Part shown: positions 37,690 to 47,338 of the stretch, piece after piece
How the letters are laid out: each line of letters opens with the position of its first letter
Position numbering within the stretch: the stretch's first letter is position 1
Origin: Phyllobates terribilis
Lineage: Eukaryota
DNA length: 64,000 nt
NCBI RefSeq assembly: GCF_046119375.1
Contig: NW_027362761.1
Coordinates: 283,092,001-283,156,000 of the forward strand
Reading direction: 5' to 3'
Program-made: the position numbers and the translations under genes
The notes under the pieces: model-generated
The model's input: the letters and a program-made list of their open reading frames with translations, nothing else
The model's database searches: none
What the model was told of the DNA's origin: nothing

Positions 37690-38290
37690 TGGAGTTGTTC
37701 AGTAAAGGGCCCAAAATTAAGATAACATAGACGGGAGAGGTCTCTATGAATACGATCTCCTAAGTATTTGATACCCTGTGAGGGCCAGGCAAAGGGAAAG
37801 TTGGACTGGATGGAATCCTGTATGGATTTGGGGAGGGAGAAATCGAGGGCCTCAGACTTCGCTGCATTGATTTTAAAATTTGACCATGTAACAAAGTGAT
37901 CTATTTCAGCCATAACAGCAGCGATGGATATATGTGATTGAGTGATATATACTAGGACATCATCAGCAAATGCAGAGCACTTGTATTCGGTGCCTCCCAC
38001 CTCAATCCACCTAATATTGGGGTTATGGCGAATTGAGAGCAGGTGCTCCATCACTAGGATGTATAAGAGAGGAGACAGAGGACATCCCTTCGTTGTCCCA
38101 TTGGTGATTATGAAAGGTGATGAAAATGTTCCATTTATCTTCAGCCTAGGTGACGTATTGCGATACAGGGTCGTGATTTTGCCTATAAAAGGGTCCCCTA
38201 GACCCCTACCCCAAGCTTTTTAAGAAAATAATATATGGCGTGCCAGGAGACTCTATGGAATGCTTTCTCAGCATCCAACGAGAGTATCTA
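37690..38290 (-). pseudogene. L1 RT fragment, uninterrupted copy
   Basis: ORF 37644-38054: CSAFADDVLVY..FKINAAKS..IKYLG. Confidence 0.88.
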
Positions 38291-38403
38291 ATTACAAATT
38301 TTTAACTGCATCTAGCCCAGGAAATACTTTGTGCCTAGTAGCAGTGTCTGCTAGTCAGCGGATTATCCCAGCTGTTAAGCAAGCTACACCACCTGTAGTT
38401 TGG

Positions 38404-38638
38404 ACACTTAATTTTTTCAAAGGAAATGGACACTCCCCAAGGCACCCCAAGGCACAGGGGCTGGGACTGGCGGTAGGACGCCTTGCAGTGGACCGCCAAG
38501 CTCGATCCTTTTAAAAGCTTTTTAACTGCAGCAGCTTTAGTGGACGCTACTGGAGCTTGAATTACCGCGGCTGCTGGCATGAGACTTGCCCTCCAATAGA
38601 TCCTTGTAAAAGTATTTAAAGTGTACTCATTCAAATTA
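38404..38638 (-). pseudogene. 18S rRNA fragment, second cargo copy with a small internal deletion
   Basis: GCTTTTTAACTGCAGCA..AATTACCGCGGCTGCTGGCA..TTTAAAGTGTACTCATTC. Confidence 0.88.
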
Positions 38639-39678
38639 GACAATTAGACAATTTAAATTAAAAAGATAAGACCTGCCTCCACCGCAGGGGGGCTCGCTCG
38701 ACCCACCAGCGGACAGGCACCAGTATTGGGAGAGGGGGGCTTGCCGTCAGGGTCCACCGCAGCTCTGGCACAAACCCAGCGACACGGAAATCGCACGGGC
38801 AGGAACGGACTGGCCTTGTCGACTTCACACTTTTATTGTTTTAGAAGGGCATGACATGCCTATATCTGTGTCTACCCCTCCTTTTACTCCGCCACCTCTT
38901 TTCTTACTTCTGACTATATGTACTTGTCCCTTTTCCATGTGTTAGTTGTGTCTTCTGAGCAGTTTGTCAGCTTTTGGACACCTTTGAAGGTGTTTTCTAT
39001 GTGTTTCTATGTGTTTTTGTTTGCCTGCCATTGGTTTTAATGGTGTTTGAAGGTGTCCGGCGAACAGTTCGGCGAACATACGGGTGTTCGACGAACCGAA
39101 CCGAACTCGAACACTACGGGGGTGGCTCAACACTAGTCATGAGACCCATGGCTGCTTTGTGCATCATGGTCCATACTTGGACTGTGACAAACAAATATGT
39201 GAATCTAGCCTTAGAAGGACAATCTGCAATACATGTTGTTTAGAAAACTCAATAATTGTGCATTCCAGCACTATAATAGCTTAACTGTATACTCACTTTA
39301 AGAATTACGCAGAGCTAATATAAATTAACTGGTATATAAGCTTTAATTTGCCTTGTTCATTTAAATGAGTTTGTCCATTATAACTTTCTGGCCTCTAATG
39401 GCTAGTGCTGAGATAAAATAATATAATCGGATGTTACTAACCCGCTGTGGTCCAGCTTTGCATTTCCACCGCCTCTCCAGTCTCTGTTTACTGCCTGCAA
39501 CATGGATTTCACAAATACAGTGTACATCATTGCTGCAACCAATCACTGAGCTTAGCGGCTATGCCAATGTAGACTGCAGTGGGTTGAACTGAGAATTTGA
39601 AGGGGTTGTCAAGGTATAAAGGTTAAAAACAATATAATCAGATCCGTTTCTAATCTAGTTTGAATATTAATTCATATA

Positions 39679-40849
39679 CCGTATTTTTCGGACTATGAGA
39701 TGCACCGGACCATAAGACACACCTAGGTTTTAGAGGAGGAAAATAAAAAAATAAAAATTTAAGCAAAACATGTGGTCATGATGCACTTTTAAGGGGGAGG
39801 GGGTCTTCTGTCCACCAATTCTGATAATATCCCCCATCCTGGTATATATGCCGCCCCCCTTCCTTTTATATGTGGTCCCCATCCCCATCCTGGTATGCCT
39901 GGCATCCCTCCATCCTGGTATGCATGGCACCCCTCATACCTATCCTGATATGCATGGCTCCCTCATCCTTATCCTGGTATGCATGGCACCCCTCATCCCT
40001 AATCCTGGTATGCATGGCACCCATCATCCCTCTCCTGGTATGCATGGCACCCCTCATCCCTGTCCTGGTATGCATGGCACCCCTCATCCCTGTCCTGGTA
40101 TGCAGGCACCCCTAATCCCTGTCCTGGTGTGCATGGTCCCCCTAATCCCCATCAGGCTGCACATTAAAAAAAATAAACACTCATACTCACCTCTCTTCTC
40201 TCTTCCAGCGCTGCATCCTGTCTGCCTGCACTGATCTCTCCATGTGAGCCGCGCATGACGTCTCTGCCATGCGCGGCTCACATGGAGATATCAGCTGCCG
40301 GAAGTCGCTGCTCCCCACGCCGGGACTATGTGTGCGGGGAGCAGAGACTTCACTCTCCTTCATAGCCGGCACACAGCGGAGCCGCACTGCGGCTGCTGCT
40401 GCTGCCAGCTATCTCCTGTGCCCGCTCATTAAAGGGCATGAATATTCACCCCCTCCCCACGCCCATAGGCGTGGAGAGAGGTTGAATATTCATGCCCTTT
40501 AACAGCAGGCACAGGAGATAGCCGGCAGCAGCAGCAGCCGCAGCGCGGCTACACTGTATACCGCTATTAAAGAGCATGAATATTCAGTGCTCCCCATGCC
40601 TCATGGGCGTGGGGAGCAGTGAATATTCATTTTCTTTAGCAGCGGGGACAGTGTAGGCTGTAGCAGGCAGCTGCTGCGTCCTATGCCCCGCTCCTTCACC
40701 GATACCGCTCCCCCCACACCCCACATAAATATACACCCATTATACACCCATATACACCCATATACAACATTCGGACTATAAGACGCACCCCCCATTTTCC
40801 TCCAAAATTTTGGAGGAAAAAAGTGTGTCTTATGGTCCGAAAAATACGG
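39679..40849. mobile_element. Non-autonomous Tc2-like (TcMar) element, 1171 bp, TA TSD, with a ~30-bp minisatellite (39880-40140) and internal hairpins
   Basis: TA-CCGTATTTTTCGGAC...GTCCGAAAAATACGG-TA. CCGTATTT termini resemble Kanga/MER104-type Tc2 ends. Confidence 0.8.
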
Positions 40850-42126
40850 TAATATATTTTTCTTCAGGTCTCAACTTGGGTCCCAAAATGTCCACTTGTT
40901 GTTTGTTCTCTACACTGGAGAGAGATTCCTGTGTTGGTACTTTATGTCTTTATTGCTTTGTTTAAAGGGGGTGGTTGACTTCAGATAACAGATAGGGCTG
41001 GCTTGGCTACTGAGCCATCAAGCAGGACCTCTGTAGAAGACAAAAAAACATGTGAAGCTACCAGGACTTCAGACTCAAGCAGGTATCTTAAAATAGTATC
41101 AATGTCTATGAACTTATTGCACTAATTTCGCACTATTACCCATATTAGAAAATAGAGTGTTACAGTGATTACTCCCATCACTGTAATAAATTGGTCATGA
41201 ATCAGAAATAAATCTCCTATCTGTAAGTATGAACACTGATGCTAAAATCTGCATTATCCACAATTTCTTTAAAGAAATGCTTGTGACTGTGTATTATATT
41301 GCATAAAGTATTTGGTAATATTCCGTAAAAAGGAAAGATCCATTATAATTGTGGATGCAAACAGAAGAAAGCCTACAATAGGCTCAATTTAGCTGAGATC
41401 CAGCTTTGAATAAATAGCATATATGTTTTTCCCTTTCTCCGGGCAATTTCAATCTGAGTTCTTTTATATACTGAATGGTAACTACTGTGCAGCATGTAAA
41501 AGCCAGTTAACTTGTAATTGAAAATCTTCCTTTTTGTTGGCAAAGCCGACTTTCCAGATTTAATGCCAGAGGATGTAAAAGATGTGGCAATTTCTAATTT
41601 TAAAATATGAAGTAAAACGTTAATCTTGGCCAATAACAAAAACAAGCGAGTCATTTCTGACAATCAGAAGAATTCGACTGCATTTACTTTGCTTGTTTCT
41701 TGTATCGCTCTCATCCATTCTTTTCTCCCCCTCCTCTGTGGAGATACAGATAAAGTCTAATTCCTCCATTGTTTCACTGCTGTAAGCTGTGTTATAGCAG
41801 CTTGGCAAGGGGAATGTTAACTAGGTGGTCTACTTAATAGGGTCTTTGTGAAACAGAGGCTTTTATGCAGGAGGAATATAAACAGCCAGTCCTATGAGGT
41901 TCAGTGTGATAAAGGACTAGTCATGCAATCACTCTGTGACACATGTAGAAAATCAGATTGCTTCTCAGGTTTGCTTGTTGCTCCACACAATGGGCGAGCC
42001 CTTAATTTCACAGTGTATTTTCTTTATAGTAGCTTCCCTTTGGGTTGAGGATAACACCATCTAGTTTGGACTCTGACACCATGGCAGCTCTAAATAATTT
42101 AATGTTATTGCCAAATATACCATATA

Positions 42127-43539
42127 CAGGGTGGTCCAAAAGTAGGTGGACAGAAAATAAGAACATTTATTTTGATTTATATATAAAATTATATTTACTA
42201 ACACAAGCATAAGATTGACAATTAAATTTTATTCTGAACAATAACACAAAAGCTCTTAAAATTTATTAACGCAGGTGCTCAAACTGTTTTCCATTACAAT
42301 TTGCACAGCTTTGAAGTCGGCCTCTTACCCTTCGACAAACTTTTTTTCACAAGTCTCTTTGGGTATTAATTTCTTGAAATGCATCTCTTATATAATTTTT
42401 CAAATCACTGACACTTTTTGGTTTTCGACTATAAGCTTTGTCCTTGAGTACTCCCCAAAAGAAAAAATCCATTGGGGTCAAGTCTGGTGAATGTGCCGGC
42501 CAATCAAGTGGGCCTCTTCGGCCAATCCATTTATTAGGAAATGTTTCATCAAGATACTCGCGGACGACACTTGAATAATGTGGAGGGGCCCCATCTTGTT
42601 GGAAATAAAGGTCATTTGAATTAGGCTGGTGCTGTAACTGGGGAACAACTTGATTCATTAGAATTTCGAGATACTTCCATCAAAAAATATTGGTCCTAAA
42701 ACACCAAAACTTGAAATACCACTCTAATGTTAAATGCATGTTCTCATTATACCAGTAAATACAATTATGTCTGTTAATATGGCCGGATAATTTGAAAGAA
42801 TCTTCATCACTCCACATAATGTTATCTAAAATTACTGGATTTTCTTCAATTTCGTTAAGCATAATCTCACTAAATTGCAACCGCCTCTCTGGATCATCCT
42901 CCAATAAACCATGAATTAGACGTAGACGATAAACTTTCCACCCAATAGATTTCAGGATTCACATGATAGAAGCTCATGAAATTACCAATTCCAAAGAGGC
43001 TCTTCTGGTGGACTTTTTGAACTCTGAACAAATGTTTCAGCAACAAGTTGTTTATTATCTTCTGTACAGACTGTTTTGGGTTGACCAGTTTTTGGAGCAT
43101 TAAGGATTGAGCCAGTGGCATTGAATTTGTCACGAATGTGGTAAATGGTTTGTCTATTTGGGGCTTGAGTACCAAATGTTTCATCCCAGTTTGCTCTAAC
43201 AGTTTCAGCATTTTGAGATTTCCAATACTCTGTTAAAATCCATTTTCTTTGATCTGTAGTTAAATTATTTGCCATTACATGTTATTTGAATTATCTGAAA
43301 AAAAAAAAACAGATTTGGGGGAGATCTATCTGTGAAAACTAGATCTGTGAAACTGGCTCAGTTGCCCTTAGCAACCAATCAGATTGCTCCTTTCATTTTC
43401 CAAAGAGTCTGTGAGGAATGTTAAGTGGAATCTGATTGGTTGCTAAGGGAAACTGAGCCAGTTTCACTTTACACCATGTTTGATAAATCTCCCCCTTCAT
43501 AACCTTATTACACTTTCTGTCCACCTACTTTTGGACCTG
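42127..43539 (-). mobile_element. DD41D (rosa/Visitor-type) Tc1/mariner transposon with a fragmented transposase (about 43275-42275)
   Basis: TA TSDs. TIR CAG(GGTG)GTCCAAAAGTAGGTGGACAGAAA at both ends. Motifs MWSDE and QQDGAPPH..WPAHSPDLTPMD, with 41 residues between the last two Ds. Confidence 0.9.
43317..43495. mobile_element. Short palindromic MITE nested in the DD41D element
   Basis: GGGGGAGATCTATC...GATAAATCTCCCCC, with an internal inverted pair AAACTGGCTCAGTT..TAGCAACCAATCAGATT. Confidence 0.7.
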
Positions 43540-44335
43540 TATAATATATAAACATACGGTATAACGTATATGTTTGATTACAAGTAAAAAAGTTGTTTGT
43601 GAAATGTTTTATATGTACAATACTCAGCAAAAATGAGTAAAATCCCTTTGCAAAATAATATTTTAATCAATTTCCCACTGAATACAATAATAATTTCCAA
43701 AATTATGACAAGACTGAGTTTCATAGTCAAAGCTAAGAATGAGATGCACAGTTAATATTGAAAAAGAGGTGCTATATCAGTAATCAATACAAAGCACAAC
43801 ATGGAAAAATAGATGACCTAATGATAAGAATACCAGTGATCTGAAAAGTGATAAATAAACTTTATTGAGACAAGAAACATGCTTATTAAAACAATAAAAA
43901 AACAGATATCCCCAAAATTCACTGAAACTTGTAGTCATGACACTGGGATGTAAAAACAATGCAATTTCAAAAGGATAACCCTCAGCACTGCAGCCACAGA
44001 ACCATCATCATTACAGGAATATAGCACCAGTACCACCATCAGTACATGAATTCAATGCCATAACCACCATCAGTACATGAATACAGCTCCAAAATCCTCA
44101 GTAGAGGAATAAAGCACAAGATCAACCATCAGTATGTGAATTTCAATGTTTGGACATTGAAGTATTACCTATATTAAGGCAAATATATGGTAAATAGCTC
44201 AAAAAAAGTCCTCAAAAATTGCCCAAACCACATGCAATATACACGGTCAATCAAAATAGATCACTAGTCCATAGTATCAAGTAACTGTAGAAGGCTAATA
44301 TAGACTAAATACACATATGTATCTAAGTGCATATA

Positions 44336-45905
44336 CACTGTGTTCCAAATTATTATGCAAATAATATTTTCTCAGATTTTCCCAAATTACTTATATGAAT
44401 TGCAGTCATTGTAATTTTCCAGTCAAATAACTATTAGAGTACGATTGAAAGGTATTTGTACAAACTGCCTATGATAACAGTATATTTTTAAAAAAATAAA
44501 AAGCTCAAACTGCACTCAAAATGCATGTTCCAAATTATTATGCACAGCAGAGTTTTCAACCTTTTCATTTTAATGAAGAACAAAAAAATGGTCATTTTTG
44601 AAATTATAAGCATTAGCAGGTTATTACAAACTGAAATCAAACAGTTTTCAACTCAAAACTTTATTCTAGGTGATGTTACATTTGCACATAGGACCGCTTG
44701 TTCGAAAGGAGCTTCTGAATTCTCTCGTCCATTGAATTTGTCAGGTTTAGGATAATTTCTGCTTCAATTGTTTTGCATGAGGACAGAATACCCTCCCAGA
44801 GCTGTTGCTTAGATGTGAACTGCCTCCCGCCATCATAGACACTCCTTTTGATGATGCTCCAGAGGTTCTCAATGGGGTTGAGGTCAGGGGAGCATGGATG
44901 CCACACCATAAGTTTGTCCCCTTTTATGCCCATCGCAGCCAGAGATGTTGATGTGTTATGTGCAGCATGAGACGGGGCATTATCATGCATGAAATGCTCT
45001 CGATGGTCAAGATGGATGGAGTGGAGGATGGCTGGTTGATGGACACCCCATGCAAACACGGCTACGGCGCTAACAAGGAGGAGGTGGAGTAATGTTTTGG
45101 GCTGGAATCATGGGGAGAGAGATTGTCGGCCCTTTTAGGATCCCTGAAGGGGTAAAGATGAACTCTATAATGTATGTTGAGTTTCTCAAACAGCACTTCT
45201 TTCCATGGTTCAAGAAGAAGAACCGTGCATTCCACAGCAAGATCATTTTCATGCATGATAATGCCCCGTCTCATGCTGCACATAACACATCTGCATCTCT
45301 GGCTGCTGTGGGCATAAAAGGGGACAAACTTATGGTGTGGCACCCATGCTCCCCTGACCTCAACCCCATTGAGAACCTCTGGAGCATCATCAAAAGGAGT
45401 GTCTATGATGGCGGGAGGCAGTTCACATCTAAGCAACAGCTCTGGGAGGGTATTCTGTCCTCATGCAAAACAATTGAAGCTGAAACCATCCAAAACCTGA
45501 CAAATTCAATGGACGAGAGAGTTCAGAAGCTCCTTTCGAACAAGCGGTCCTATGTGCAAATGTAACATCACCTAGAATAAAGTTTTGAGTTGAAAACTGT
45601 TTGATTTCAGTTTGTAATAACCTGCTAATGCTTATAATTTCAAAAATGACCATTTTTTTGTTCTTTATTAAAATGAAAAGATTGAAAACCCTGCTGTGCA
45701 TAATAATTTGGAACATGCATTTTGAGTGCAGTTTCAGTTTTTTATTTTTTAAAAAATATACTGTTATCATAGGCAGTTTGAACAAAAACCTTTCAATTGT
45801 ACTCTAATAGTTATTTGACTGGAAAATTACAATGACTGCAATTCATATAGGTAATTTGGTAAAATCTGAGAAAATATTATTTGCATAATAATTTGGAACA
45901 CAGTG
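44336..45905. mobile_element. Foldback DD37E (TRT-type) derivative with two 3' ends, 1570 bp, TA TSD
   Basis: TA-CACTGTGTTCCAAATTATTATGC at both ends. 44336-44993 is the inverse of ~45248-45905. Plus-strand ORF 45092-45565 has HDNAPSH-x-NPIE with 37 residues between D and E. Confidence 0.92.
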
Positions 45906-46295
45906 TAATCAGAAATACAGCCCTGATGGAAATGCAAGTGTGTATTCCTTTGAAAATGCAAAAGGGATACACCATAGAAATGTGGAGTACATTAACAAAG
46001 GATCCAATGTGACACACAATAGAATGTCAGTGGGAATAAGCCCACTAAATACACATGATCATAAATAAAGCCTTAATGGAAATGCTAATGCATATCACTT
46101 AGAAAGAGAATGGATAGTATACACTGGAATAAAGGATTCAGTGTGCCTGGCAATATAATGTCAGTGGGGATGAGCCCCACTCGTTTCGCTGCTATCTAGC
46201 AGCTTCATCCGCGTAAGTTTAAATCGCATGATTAATGCCCATATATATATCCTGAAATAAAAAATAAATAGTTTACCAGTGGTAGTAGTCATGAG

Positions 46296-46432
46296 TAGTG
46301 TTGAGCGAATTTGTTATCTGCGTGACAGCATGGCAAATCAGGGATGTTCATGGGTGGAGCTGATTTTTTGGCGCGAACAAGCTGGAACCCCGAACAATAA
46401 TTTGAAATGCCGAACAAAGTCGCTCAATACTA
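46296..46432. mobile_element. 137-bp minimal hAT MITE, perfect TSD GTCATGAG
   Basis: TAGTGTTGAGCGA...TCGCTCAATACTA with GTCATGAG at 46288-46295 and 46433-46440. Confidence 0.9.
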
Positions 46433-47338
46433 GTCATGAGGGAGTCTCATGCCACAGGATGCGCCCCTGAAGCCAGAAGTCAAACCCGGCACATGAGTAT
46501 ATAGAAAATAAGACTAGTCAGGGCAATACATTTGCCAGTCATTGAGTAGTGCATACCAAATCATTGAATAGTGCACGTGTACACAGCAAAGTAAGTACAG
46601 TCAGGGTAAGACATTTGCCGGTATCTGAACAGTGTGTATATGTCCAAACACCCATATTACCCTGTTATATCGATATATACGCAAGAGCAGGTCCATATAT
46701 ATAGGTACCAGTAGTCGATGTGCAATAGAGCTCCACAGCATGTGTTCCTCCACTGCGACGCCATTTCGCCTCTCTGGAAGAAGTGAGGCGAAATGGCGTA
46801 GCAGTGAAGGGACACATGCTGTAGAGCCCTATTGGTAACTAAACAGATATATCTAGGTACCATTACCTTCATATTGTTGTATTGTTATGGCTGCCATATG
46901 CTATCTATCTAAAACTTTAGATTGGTTTCACTTAGTCTGATAGTTACATGGAAGATTATGAATCCTGAATTATCTAATATAAGTAGTACTTGCACTTTAA
47001 CTACTCTTCACCCTACATTTGTGGACCTGTCCACCCTCAGTGTTCTATTCTTGCTCTGCAAAACCTGTCATGTGCTCCCTTGTTTGAGGTGCTCCCTGTA
47101 AATAACTTAAGTATTTTAATTATATTTTAATTGTTTCAATAAAAATGATTCATTTCTATTATTTACCTGGTATACTTCTCTTCTTATCCTGGGATAATAT
47201 CAGATTCCTAGGTAGTGTTTAAATCTACTCAATAATATCAGTTGCAACTATTATCTCCTATCTCAGAAATGGGAAAGTCTGTCATCACTGAAGACAGATT
47301 TTACCAGTAAATTGAGAATTTTGAAAATAACTGATCAG

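Larger units (their letters stand above)
33533..39135 (+). mobile_element. Internally deleted sister of the 16437-28547 hAT, 5603 bp, TSD GTTATGAG/GTCATGAG (7/8)
   Basis: Same ends. Contains a ~116-bp array (34553-35300), the transposase C-terminus only (35300-35739), a 3' array (35770-36270), and TRT, L1 and 18S cargo. Confidence 0.92.

Noticed and set aside
41373-41808. Possible host exon(s) in non-repetitive sequence
   Set aside because: Short ORFs with no recognisable protein and no convincing splice-site pair. This cannot be excluded without RNA-seq or a homology search.
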